From the UHGV virus genome UHGV-0144896: 12,966 nt of DNA; one strand, 5' to 3'. A model generated the notes under the pieces. The model searched no databases. It was not told where the DNA came from and was given only the letters and a program-made list of their open reading frames with translations. The translations under genes were made by a program, and so were the position numbers. Shown here in pieces: positions 1 to 7,072 of the stretch (within the stretch, counting starts at the first letter, position 1; each line of letters starts with the position of its first letter). The DNA is from a virus.

Positions 1-172
1 CATCGTCTTCTTCCTCGTACATTGAGCTATTCGGATCGCTCATCAGTTCTGCGCAGCACGCTTCACATACATGAACTTCCAGCACATGCAGCTTCTGACC
101 GCAGTTAGCGCACGTTAAAGCCCGCTCGACGCTTTCTTTCTGGTATTGAAGGGATTGTGATGGGCTAAGCAT
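1..172 (-). CDS. ninF: NinF-like protein, 3' end truncated by the window edge
   Basis: Minus-strand ATG at 172..170 overlaps the stop of the upstream gene. Translation reads [57 protein letters not shown] and runs off the window. It has a Cys-rich CxxC...CxxCC pattern and matches my recollection of lambda NinF. Not in the ORF track because it is partial. Confidence 0.6.
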
Positions 173-503
173 TATTGGCGTCCTGCATCAGGAGAAAGAC
201 AATCATGGCGGCGCGGAGAGGTCTGATATCAAATATTGGACTCACGCCTTTTGCATCTACACACCATTCAGTTAACTGGTCTAAGAAAGAAATTCTGTAT
301 TTCTCAATAATCGGCCATGCGTCTGCCGGGTTATTACATGGGTCAAACGCGCCTATTTTAGTTGGACCTCTTACTATCACTGCGCTACAACTGTCTTCTT
401 GTGTCCCTTGCCATCCCAGGCCGTTAAACTTCTTATGCCCTGTCGCTATCGCGACTCGCTTGTTAATTTCAAAATCACTTAACTGTGAATAATCCATTGT
501 CAT
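165..503 (-). CDS. nin-region protein, NinX-like (P22 arrangement), function unknown
   Basis: Track ORF 165..539, trimmed to the ATG at 503..501, which overlaps the stop of the upstream small gene as ATGA (TGA at 502..500). A GAGGAA Shine-Dalgarno sits directly upstream. Position between NinE and NinF matches P22 ninX. The family name is from memory, not verified. Confidence 0.5.
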
Positions 504-676
504 TTCCTCGCACGATGTCTTAGCCACCGGATATCCCACAGGTGAGCCGTGTAGTTGAAGGTTTTTACGTCAGATTCTTTTGGGATTGGCTTGCGTTTAT
601 TTCTGGAGCGTTTCGTTGGAAGGTATTTGCAGTTTTCGCAGATGATGTCGGTGATACTTCGTCGCTGTCGTCTCAT
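500..676 (-). CDS. ninE: NinE-like small basic protein (58 aa)
   Basis: Not in the ORF track (<60 aa). ATG at 676..674 overlaps the NinC stop as ATGA. Translation is [58 protein letters not shown], ending at TGA 502..500. Matches my recollection of lambda NinE. Confidence 0.55.
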
Positions 677-1518
677 GCAGCATCCTCAAAATTAAATCCA
701 AGCTGACATGAAAATGCTTCACATGATTCAGAACACGAACCTGAATCATACTGTCGCATTGATGTCATTCTTGAGGCTAACTCATCTCTTGATATATCAC
801 TAAACAAGGCAATCAGTGATTTAAGTGTATTATTCCCTCGATACATAACCGGTTCCTTTCCTGTTTTTATTTCTGTATCAAGGATGTTGATAAATGCATC
901 TGCAAGTTCTGGCTCATCCATGGCTGCCAGCGCCACCTTTTGCATACTTTTTTTTATGCAGAAAACACAATTACCAAGATGCTCCTGTATGCCAAGATCA
1001 AACTTCTGCTCACTCCACCAATCAAGCACATCCTGTTTTTCAAAATCGCTTATATCAGCCAGGTACCGAAAACCATTAGCCCTTTTAAGCCTGTTTGGTT
1101 CATCTGTGCGAATGCCAAGCCATGTGATGAAATTTCCTTTCCCAAACTTTTCCTGACAATATTTGGTGAATGGAACAGACTTCATTCTGTCGGTACAGAA
1201 CGCACCGCCGATATATGGATGTCCGTATTTATTCAACATCCTTTTCCACGGTATAAGATCTGGACCAATATCATTGACACCTATCTCTTCATAACTACTG
1301 GCCTTCCCCATTTCTGGATTAGGTATTACACGAAGGCAATGTAAGTCTATTTTCCAGTTACTGACGATATTTCGGATGAACTCATATGTTTTAGGGTGCT
1401 CTGCCCCTGTATCCATGAAAACGTAATGCACGTCTTCACCTGCCTGTCGCTTTTGCTCCATTAGCCAGAGCAAATATGCTGACGTCCTGCCACCGGAGAA
1501 ACTAACGACATTTATCAT
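673..1518 (-). CDS. ninC: NinC-like protein, PAPS reductase / adenine-nucleotide alpha-hydrolase family
   Basis: Track ORF 673..1578, trimmed to the ATG at 1518..1516, which overlaps the NinB stop as ATGA. N-terminus [17 protein letters not shown] carries a PP-loop SGGxxS motif typical of the PAPS reductase family. Size (281 aa) and position after ninB match lambda NinC (orf290). Confidence 0.7.
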   Translation of the reverse strand: MINVVSFSGGRTSAYLLWLMEQKRQAGEDVHYVFMDTGAEHPKTYEFIRNIVSNWKIDLHCLRVIPNPEMGKASSYEEIGVNDIGPDLIPWKRMLNKYGHPYIGGAFCTDRMKSVPFTKYCQEKFGKGNFITWLGIRTDEPNRLKRANGFRYLADISDFEKQDVLDWWSEQKFDLGIQEHLGNCVFCIKKSMQKVALAAMDEPELADAFINILDTEIKTGKEPVMYRGNNTLKSLIALFSDISRDELASRMTSMRQYDSGSCSESCEAFSCQLGFNFEDAA

Positions 1519-1955
1519 GCAGCCCTGTCTCCCCATCTCGCTTTCCACTCCAGAGCCAGTCGCGCTTCGTCTGACCACTTAACGCCACGTTCTGTACCGA
1601 ATGCCTGTATAAGCTCTAATAGCTCCGCAAATTCGCTTACACGCATCCTGCTGGTTGACTGGCCTATTACCACAAAGCCATTCCCGGCAAGGTTAGGAAC
1701 AACGTCCTGCTGCTTTAATGCTGCGGTAAACACACACTTCCAGCTTTCTGCATCCAGCCAGCGACCATGCCATTCAACCTGACGAGAGACGTCACCAAGG
1801 CAAGCCCAAAGCTTCCGATTCTGGTCTAAGCTGCGGTTGCGCTCCTGAATGATCACTACGATTGGCTTGGTTGGGTCTGGAAGAATTTGCTGTACCGCGT
1901 GAATAGCGTTTTGCTGATGTGCTGGAGATCGAATTTCAAAGGTTAGTTTTTTCAT
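1515..1955 (-). CDS. ninB: NinB recombination protein (Orf-family recombination mediator)
   Basis: Track ORF 1515..1973 begins at a TTG; the first ATG is at 1955..1953 and is preceded by a strong SD (GGGAGAGGGAAG). This gives 146 aa starting MKKLTFEIRSPAHQQNAIHAVQQILPDPTKP, which matches lambda NinB (orf146) closely from memory. Confidence 0.85.
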   Translation of the reverse strand: MKKLTFEIRSPAHQQNAIHAVQQILPDPTKPIVVIIQERNRSLDQNRKLWACLGDVSRQVEWHGRWLDAESWKCVFTAALKQQDVVPNLAGNGFVVIGQSTSRMRVSEFAELLELIQAFGTERGVKWSDEARLALEWKARWGDRAA

Positions 1956-1970
1956 GACTTCCCTCTCCCC

Positions 1971-2003
1971 CAAATAAAAAGGCCTGCGATTACCAGCAGG
2001 CCT
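1971..2003 (-). terminator. Intrinsic terminator downstream of the helicase gene (tR2-like position)
   Basis: On the minus strand an 8-bp perfect stem (aggcctgc / gcaggcct, loop 8 nt) is followed by TTTTTATTTG. It sits between the helicase stop (2029) and the ninB SD, where lambda tR2 lies. Confidence 0.5.
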
Positions 2004-2028
2004 GTTATTAGCTCAGTAATGTAGATGG

Positions 2029-3405
2029 TCATACGTCAGCCCCTTGTGCATATCGTCTGCCACGCGCAGCAGGTGCATTTGATGCTGTGCAAATCTGTCT
2101 GGCTTCATCCTGATCACATGCAACAAAGTGTCCGTTGCAGAACCGCTGGTAAACCGTACCAAGTGAGCCAAAACGGTTTTTCGTCACGATGATTTCAGCA
2201 AATGGCGCGGCGCTACTGTTCTCGTCATATACCGCTTCCCGATAGAGCATGATGATTGAGTCTGCGTCCTGCTCAATGCTTCCTGAATCACGCAAATCTG
2301 CGTTTGTCGGGCGTTTGTTTGGTCGCTTCTCAACATCGCGCGAAAGCTGACTTAGGGAGATCACAGGCGTTTTCAGGTCTTTCGCCATCGCCTTAAGGCT
2401 TCCGGAGATGTGAGCAATTGCGAGGTCGTTGCGATCTGCTTTCGGCTTCTCAATCAGGCCAAGATAATCCGCCATGATGAGTGACAGGTTTGGATTTTCC
2501 TGTTTGTGCCGTTCTGCGATTGAGCGTATTTCTTCGACCGATAACCGCGAGGCATCGACTACCCATACATCCAAATCTGCAAGCTGACTCATGCCGTTAG
2601 CAACGCGCGCCCAGCCTTCGTCATCCATCGATGCAGGATTTCGCAGCACGCTAACCGACATCCTCCCGGCGTTGGCAATACTTCGCTCTGCAATCTGCAA
2701 TGCGCTCATTTCCATTGAGAAAATCAATACCCCGCGCCGGACGTCAGAACCAGGAATAACGCGGCTTGCAACGCCTTCGGCAATCTTCAGCGCCAGTTCG
2801 GTTTTCCCCATACCAGGACGAGCAGCGATTATCACCAGGTCTTCCGCGTTCATCCCTCCGGTGATGGCATCAAGTTCTTCGATTCCGGTCTTCAGGGTAT
2901 CTGACTCTTTTCCGTTCCTCAGACGCCTGTCAAGCGTGTCAGTGTAGTCGGTGATGATTTCCCCTAACCGTACAGGTTTAACCTCGTCACGGGGCTTTCT
3001 GATGGCTGAAAGACGCTTTACAAGTTCATCCATCGCCTGACTTGATGCGTCGATGGTTCCGCTCTGAATTGGTTCACGCATTTCATCCATGATTTCCAGC
3101 ACCAGACGGCGGTGATAGTTATCCGCGACCATTCCGGCATATCCCTTCAGGTTTGCGGCACTCGGGCAGTTTTTGCTGGTCATCAGGATTGACGTGAAAT
3201 GCTCCTCTCCGCACGCCTCGGCAACCATCAGCGCGTCGATTAGGTTTCTGTTTCGCGCCTGTTTGCGGATAACCTCGAAGGCTTTCCGGTAGAGCGGAAT
3301 TGAAAACGCTTCCGGCTCAAGCGTTGCCAGAACGTCACTGGCAGTTGGTGTTAATCCACCAATCAGCAGGCCACCGATAACGCTCGCTTCGATATCCTGT
3401 CTCAT
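2029..3405 (-). CDS. Replicative DNA helicase, DnaB family (phage-encoded, P22 gene 12-like)
   Basis: 458-aa ORF. ATG at 3405 overlaps the O-like gene stop as ATGA. Contains a Walker A-like [17 protein letters not shown] and a Walker B-like hydrophobic stretch ending in D ([12 protein letters not shown]), plus an N-terminal DnaB-like domain. Lies directly after the initiator gene, as in P22-type replication modules. Confidence 0.85.
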   Translation of the reverse strand: MRQDIEASVIGGLLIGGLTPTASDVLATLEPEAFSIPLYRKAFEVIRKQARNRNLIDALMVAEACGEEHFTSILMTSKNCPSAANLKGYAGMVADNYHRRLVLEIMDEMREPIQSGTIDASSQAMDELVKRLSAIRKPRDEVKPVRLGEIITDYTDTLDRRLRNGKESDTLKTGIEELDAITGGMNAEDLVIIAARPGMGKTELALKIAEGVASRVIPGSDVRRGVLIFSMEMSALQIAERSIANAGRMSVSVLRNPASMDDEGWARVANGMSQLADLDVWVVDASRLSVEEIRSIAERHKQENPNLSLIMADYLGLIEKPKADRNDLAIAHISGSLKAMAKDLKTPVISLSQLSRDVEKRPNKRPTNADLRDSGSIEQDADSIIMLYREAVYDENSSAAPFAEIIVTKNRFGSLGTVYQRFCNGHFVACDQDEARQICTASNAPAARGRRYAQGADV

Positions 3406-4349
3406 GCAATCCCCCTGTCTGCAAACTTCCCTTCCCGTACTCCCGTTAACGAATCTTCCCTCAGCAGGTAATCAAAATCTGCCGTCCAGCCAGTGTCGTT
3501 GTCTCCGAAGTAAAACGGCTTGGCCTGATGTACAAACGCCCTGACATACGCTCTGAAACCGTCCACGTTTGGCGTTTTCAGTTGCGGGATGATTTTCTTC
3601 AGGCGGCGTTTGCGTTTCTCGTTGACCGCAACAGCGTGTGGCAGTCTGTCACCGACTTCGGTGTTGTAGGCGTTAAGGAAGGATTCGTAGTCGATGCGTT
3701 CTGCCTTGCGACGTTCAGGCTTAACCTGCCCATCGCCGCCCCCATTGGGGGGTAGGGGGGTATTATTTATATTCTTGTTAATACCTTCTTGTTCATGATG
3801 TGCGGTTGTTTGTGCGACATCATGTGCGGTTGTTTGTGCGGCATGTACTCTGAAAGCCGCGCCATTACTGGCTTCGTCATGTGCGGCATCATGTGCGGTT
3901 GTTTGTGCGGCTTCATGTGCGGGTGAATCGTCCATTTTTTGAGCATATTCATGGTAATTTGTGATGGTAATCACACGACCTTTTTGCTTCTCTCCATCAA
4001 TGGTGATCATCCCCTCTTTCACAAAAACCTGAAGCATCCGCTCAACCTGATCGCGGCTTGCTGGCTTGCCATGCCTGTCGCATAACTGAAGACCTAAATC
4101 AGCTGCTGTCACAACCAGTTGACCGGGTTGCAGATGCCATTCATGACCTTTGAAATTCGCTTTGTATGGCTTTCTGGCGGCATTCAGGAGAAGGTTTTCC
4201 CACAGGGTGCGAAGATAAACATCTTTCGCCCATGACTGTTTCAGAATGCTCCGGTACAACGGAATGTAACCAGTTTTCTGGTTCTCCATCCTGTTGCTCC
4301 TGCGCTCGTGTGCGGCGCTGAAATCGTAGATTTTTGCTGTGTTGCTCAT
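3402..4349 (-). CDS. Replication initiator protein, lambda O-like / P22 gene 18-like
   Basis: 315-aa ORF starting [10 protein letters not shown], similar to the lambda O N-terminus. The central region has repeated peptide segments ([27 protein letters not shown]) encoded by DNA iterons. Position is between cII and the helicase. Confidence 0.75.
   Translation of the reverse strand: MSNTAKIYDFSAAHERRSNRMENQKTGYIPLYRSILKQSWAKDVYLRTLWENLLLNAARKPYKANFKGHEWHLQPGQLVVTAADLGLQLCDRHGKPASRDQVERMLQVFVKEGMITIDGEKQKGRVITITNYHEYAQKMDDSPAHEAAQTTAHDAAHDEASNGAAFRVHAAQTTAHDVAQTTAHHEQEGINKNINNTPLPPNGGGDGQVKPERRKAERIDYESFLNAYNTEVGDRLPHAVAVNEKRKRRLKKIIPQLKTPNVDGFRAYVRAFVHQAKPFYFGDNDTGWTADFDYLLREDSLTGVREGKFADRGIA
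3760..3925. repeat. Putative origin of replication: iteron array plus adjacent AT-rich tract inside the O-like gene
   Basis: At least four direct copies of a ~19-20 bp unit (catgtgcggttgtttgtgcg and variants; TGTGCGG core) lie between ~3795 and 3925. An AT-rich stretch (tattatttatattcttgttaatacc) and a G-tract lie at 3735..3795. Same architecture as lambda ori within O. Confidence 0.6.
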
Positions 4350-4351
4350 AA

Positions 4352-4624
4352 CTACCTGCCTTGACGAAAGACCTTAAGAACATCGTTAAACTGACTTACG
4401 GATATGTCTTCTTTGAGCAGCTTTTCCAGAAATGCGTTTGGAATGAACGTATATCCATCCTCTTTTGGTAGAGACGGGAGCAACGCCCTCGCCTCAGCCT
4501 TCAGAAGCTCAGTTCTGGCAACTTTCACAAAAGAGATTTGAGTTCTTTCATCAATGGAACGAAGGAAGCGCAAACGCTTAGCTTCTTTGTGTGTATCAGG
4601 TGGATTAAAGCCTTTGTTTCGCAT
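4352..4624 (-). CDS. Hypothetical protein (90 aa) between cII and the replication initiator
   Basis: Track ORF 4352..4789, trimmed to the ATG at 4624..4622 with a GAGG SD 8 nt upstream; the longer form would overlap cII by ~140 nt. Stop at 4352 is 2 nt from the O-like ATG. No family recognised. Confidence 0.45.
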   Translation of the reverse strand: MRNKGFNPPDTHKEAKRLRFLRSIDERTQISFVKVARTELLKAEARALLPSLPKEDGYTFIPNAFLEKLLKEDISVSQFNDVLKVFRQGR

Positions 4625-4646
4625 ATAATTACCTCGTTGGATGTTG

Positions 4647-4943
4647 TTAAAATTCCATCTGGATTTGTTCAGAACGCTCGGTTGCCGCCGGGCGTTTTTT
4701 ATTGGTGAGTCCATCAAGCGCATACTTAAAAGCCCTGCTAATCGGACTGATGTCTGATGCCATTCCGAAAGCACACAAGACCGAAGCAATAAATCTCCAG
4801 TCCGTTCTGCTTATCTTCGATTCATGACAGCCAATCATCTTTGCCAGACCGCGCTGGGTAAGCGTTGACAGGTTGATGAGTAAATCAGTTTCAGCGCGAT
4901 CAATTTCTCGCTGTGTTGGCTTGCTGTAGCTTGCTTGTGCCAT
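4647..4943 (-). CDS. cII: Transcriptional activator CII (lambda cII / P22 c1 homologue)
   Basis: 98 aa. C-terminus LTNKKRPAATERSEQIQMEF matches the lambda CII C-terminus from memory. Central HTH-like segment TQRGLAKMIGCHESKISR. AGGAAA SD upstream of ATG 4943. Confidence 0.8.
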   Translation of the reverse strand: MAQASYSKPTQREIDRAETDLLINLSTLTQRGLAKMIGCHESKISRTDWRFIASVLCAFGMASDISPISRAFKYALDGLTNKKRPAATERSEQIQMEF

Positions 4944-4976
4944 TTGTTAATTTTCCTATATTGATATTGAGTTATA

Positions 4977-5001
4977 GCGGCACACCCAATGGATTTGCCG
5001 C
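4977..5001 (-). terminator. Hairpin in the tR1 position (possible rho-dependent terminator)
   Basis: 6-bp perfect stem (gcggca / tgccgc) with a 13-nt loop between nutR and the cII start. No U-tract follows on the minus strand, so any termination would be rho-dependent as for lambda tR1. Weak call. Confidence 0.3.
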
Positions 5002-5011
5002 TGATGTTTGC

Positions 5012-5052
5012 TCACCCGGTTAGAGGTGAAAGGCCAGAACTGTTAAAGAGCA
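5012..5052 (-). promoter_or_regulatory. nutR site (boxA plus boxB hairpin), phi21-type
   Basis: Minus-strand boxA TGCTCTTTAACA (5041..5052) lies immediately downstream of the cro stop. It is followed by a hairpin tcacc-TCTAACCG-ggtga (5012..5029) that shares the CTAACCG loop with the nutL hairpin at 6160..6179. Confidence 0.55.
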
Positions 5053-5058
5053 ATTTGC

Positions 5059-5244
5059 TTATGCCGCTTGGCGGTAAGCACTTTCTTGATACTTCAGGGC
5101 GCCAGCTGTAACGATTTCCAATCGATAGGCGTCTTTCTCTGGGATAACTTCTTTCCACTGAGAGACTGCTGCATCGCTAATGCCTAGTGCTTTAGCAACA
5201 GCACGCTGGGTTCCGAAGTGGTCAATAACATCTTTTTTGTACAT
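5059..5244 (-). CDS. cro: Cro repressor, P22-type
   Basis: 61 aa, MYKKDVIDHFGTQRAVAKALGISDAAVSQWKEVIPEKDAYRLEIVTAGALKYQESAYRQAA. Near-identical to my recollection of P22 Cro. HTH QRAVAKALGISDAAVSQW. Divergent from the repressor gene. Confidence 0.85.
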   Translation of the reverse strand: MYKKDVIDHFGTQRAVAKALGISDAAVSQWKEVIPEKDAYRLEIVTAGALKYQESAYRQAA

Positions 5245-5324
5245 AGACTCGCTCCGAAATTAAAGAACACTTAAATTATCCACCAAAGGAATCTTAAGTC
5301 AAGTTTATTTAAGATGTCTTAACT
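5245..5324. promoter_or_regulatory. OR operator region with divergent PR / PRM promoters (P22-type operators)
   Basis: Three 18-bp sites fit the P22 operator pattern ANTNAAG-N4-CTTNANT: 5259..5276 (attaaagaacacttaaat, perfect palindrome), 5282..5299 (accaaaggaatcttaagt, one mismatch) and 5307..5324 (atttaagatgtcttaact). The last abuts the repressor ATG. Confidence 0.7.
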
Positions 5325-5975
5325 ATGAATACACAACTGATGGGTGAGCGTATTCGCGCTCGCAGAAAAGAACTCAAGATTAGGCAGGCTGCCCTTGGCA
5401 AGATGGTTGGCGTGTCTAATGTTGCTATTTCCCAATGGGAGCGATCTGAAACTGAGCCCAATGGCGAAAACCTATTGGCCTTAGCCAAGGCTTTGCAGTG
5501 CTCCCCTGATTACCTGTTGAAAGGAGAGGATAGTCTTTCAAACATTGCCTATCACAGCAGGCATGATCCAAGAGGTTCGTATCCTCTAATTAGTTGGGTA
5601 AGCGCAGGATGTTGGATGGAAGCTGTAGAGCCATATCATAGGCGTGCAATAGATAACTGGTACGACACAACGGTAGATTGTTCTGAAGACTCTTTTTGGC
5701 TCGATGTTAAAGGCGACTCAATGACTGCCCCGGCAGGACTGAGTATTCCTGAGGGGATGATTATTCTCGTCGACCCAGAAGTCGAACCACGTAATGGAAA
5801 GCTGGTAGTCGCCAAACTTGAAGGAGAAAACGAGGCGACATTCAAAAAGTTAGTTATTGATGCCGGTAGAAAATTCCTGAAACCACTCAATCCACAATAC
5901 CCAATGATTGAAATCAATGGGAACTGTAAAATCATTGGCGTTGTCGTTGATGCCAAGCTAGCAAACCTTCCTTAA
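5325..5975 (+). CDS. c2: Prophage repressor C2 (P22 c2-like), LexA/S24-type self-cleaving repressor
   Basis: 216 aa. N-terminal HTH (QAALGKMVGVSNVAISQWERSE) and a C-terminal S24 peptidase-like domain with GDSM (Ser) and a downstream Lys. Very similar to P22 C2 from memory. Confidence 0.9.
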   Translation: MNTQLMGERIRARRKELKIRQAALGKMVGVSNVAISQWERSETEPNGENLLALAKALQCSPDYLLKGEDSLSNIAYHSRHDPRGSYPLISWVSAGCWMEAVEPYHRRAIDNWYDTTVDCSEDSFWLDVKGDSMTAPAGLSIPEGMIILVDPEVEPRNGKLVVAKLEGENEATFKKLVIDAGRKFLKPLNPQYPMIEINGNCKIIGVVVDAKLANLP

Positions 5976-5998
5976 GGGGCTTTCGCCCCTTTTTTATT
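5975..5998 (+). terminator. Intrinsic terminator after the repressor gene
   Basis: aggggc-tttc-gcccct stem-loop followed by TTTTTTATTT, immediately after the c2 stop codon. Confidence 0.6.
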
Positions 5999-6039
5999 TC
6001 CCGTTAAAAATCAAAGACAAACTAAATTCACGCCCATAA

Positions 6040-6093
6040 AATTAAGTTTTCTTCAAAAATGCACTTGACCAATAAATTAAGAAGTCTTAAATT
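6040..6093 (+). promoter_or_regulatory. OL operators and PL promoter
   Basis: P22-type operator aattaagaagtcttaaat at 6075..6092 and a one-mismatch copy at 6040..6057. Candidate -35 TTGACC (6065..6070) and -10 TAAATT (6088..6093) with 17-bp spacing, directed toward the N gene. Confidence 0.55.
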
Positions 6094-6139
6094 TAAGCCA
6101 TCAGCAGGACGCTGGAAGCCAAACGGAACAGATTGGCAG

Positions 6140-6179
6140 GCTCTTTAACATCGACGGACTCTCAACCTAACCGTTGAGA
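6140..6179 (+). promoter_or_regulatory. nutL site (boxA plus boxB hairpin), phi21-type
   Basis: boxA GCTCTTTAACA at 6140..6150, then a perfect 7-bp stem hairpin tctcaac-CTAACC-gttgaga at 6160..6179. Located between PL and the N start. Confidence 0.55.
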
Positions 6180-6289
6180 CCAGAACTTGAGTGGTTTTGG
6201 GGATGGCGCGAATTGCAGCTGCAAGACAGCGATCGAGAAGATAAGCACCTCGACGCGTCATGCGCCAAAGCCACTTAAAGGAGACCATC

Positions 6290-6595
6290 ATGGTAACCAT
6301 TGTCTGGAAAGAATCCAAAGGTACGGCAAAAAGCCGCTACAAAGCTCGCAGAGCAGAACTTATTGCCGAGCGACGCAGTAATGAAGCACTGGCGCGAAAA
6401 ATTGCGCTAAAGCTCTCTGGTTGCGTCAGAGCAGACAAAGCAGCATCACTAGGAAGCCTTTGCTGCAAGAAGAAAGAAGAAGTCGTTCGAAAAAATAGAA
6501 GTATTTATTACAAGGATTCAAACCCATTAGGAAACAAAATACATGCAGTCCAAAAAATAAAATTGTACAGTAAACCACCGTACGGTGCTTATTGA
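6290..6595 (+). CDS. N: Antitermination protein N (phi21-type arginine-rich motif)
   Basis: Track ORF 6260..6595, trimmed to ATG 6290 with an AAAGGAG SD 6 nt upstream. The N-terminal arginine-rich motif GTAKSRYKARRAELIAERR matches the phi21 N boxB-binding peptide as I recall it. ~101 aa, first gene after PL/nutL. Confidence 0.75.
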   Translation: MVTIVWKESKGTAKSRYKARRAELIAERRSNEALARKIALKLSGCVRADKAASLGSLCCKKKEEVVRKNRSIYYKDSNPLGNKIHAVQKIKLYSKPPYGAY

Positions 6596-6597
6596 GT

Positions 6598-6936
6598 ATG
6601 CTTATGGTGAAAAAGACTATTTATGTTAATCCCGACCACGGACAAAATAGAAAAGTATCTGATAGAGGTCTTACATCTCGAGACAGGAGGAGAATAGCGA
6701 GATGGGAAAAGAGGATAGCATATGCATTAAAAAACGGTGTAACACCTGGCTTTAATGCTATAGATGACGGTCCTGAATATAAGATTAATGAAGACCCAAT
6801 GGACAAAGTTGACAAAGCATTAGCAACACCATTTCCTCGCGATGTTGAAAAAATTGAAGATGAAAAATATGAGGATGTAATGCACAGGGTTGTTAACCAC
6901 GCTCACCAACGAAATCCAAATAAAAAATGGTCATAG
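6598..6936 (+). CDS. Hypothetical hydrophilic protein (~113 aa), AT-rich accessory gene
   Basis: Track ORF 6592..6936 starts at a TTG; the first ATG is at 6598, another at 6604. No clear SD, so it may be coupled to the N stop at 6595. Visibly more AT-rich than the flanking genes and followed directly by a strong terminator. No family recognised. Confidence 0.5.
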   Translation: MLMVKKTIYVNPDHGQNRKVSDRGLTSRDRRRIARWEKRIAYALKNGVTPGFNAIDDGPEYKINEDPMDKVDKALATPFPRDVEKIEDEKYEDVMHRVVNHAHQRNPNKKWS

Positions 6937-6958
6937 CCCACTTCGGTGGGTTTTTTAT
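6937..6958 (+). terminator. Intrinsic terminator (tL1-like)
   Basis: cccac-ttcg-gtggg stem-loop followed by TTTTTTATT, immediately after the stop at 6936. Confidence 0.65.
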
Positions 6959-7072
6959 TGTCTGAACTAACCGAATTTACTACAGCAAACCACGCAGTGA
7001 AATGGGCGTGACTTGTGTTGGTCGCCAGAAAATGAAATTAGGCAGCAAACCACTTATTTGAGAGGAATTAAT

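Noticed and set aside
175-492. Plus-strand 105-aa ORF in the six-frame track
   Set aside because: Entirely antisense to the NinX-like gene, with no SD; the minus-strand gene has coupling signals and family resemblance.
884-1344. Three plus-strand ORFs (884..1156, 894..1079, 940..1344)
   Set aside because: All lie antisense within the NinC-like gene, which has a PP-loop motif and coupled start; low-complexity translations.
2591-2947. Plus-strand 118-aa ORF
   Set aside because: Antisense inside the DnaB-family helicase gene.
3528-3755. Plus-strand 75-aa ORF
   Set aside because: Antisense within the O-like gene.
3795-3925. Possible CRISPR-like repeat array
   Set aside because: Repeats are ~20 bp, contiguous and without unique spacers, and are embedded in a replication initiator gene; this is an iteron-type origin, not CRISPR.
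3767-3952. Minus-strand 61-aa His/Pro/Met-rich ORF ([22 protein letters not shown]...)
   Set aside because: Out-of-frame reading of the ori iteron array inside the O-like gene; the periodic peptide is an artefact of the DNA repeats.
4141-4383. Minus-strand 80-aa ORF
   Set aside because: Alternative frame overlapping the N-terminus of the O-like gene; no independent support.
4625-4789. Long form of the ORF 4352..4789 starting at 4789
   Set aside because: Would overlap cII by ~140 nt in another frame; the internal ATG at 4624 has a proper SD immediately after the cII stop.
5636-5956. Minus-strand 106-aa ORF
   Set aside because: Antisense inside the c2 repressor gene.
6187-6381. Plus-strand 64-aa ORF
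   Set aside because: Spans the nutL site and the N start in another frame; N has an SD and a recognisable arginine-rich motif.
6621-6815. Minus-strand 64-aa ORF
   Set aside because: Antisense to the 113-aa accessory gene; no SD.
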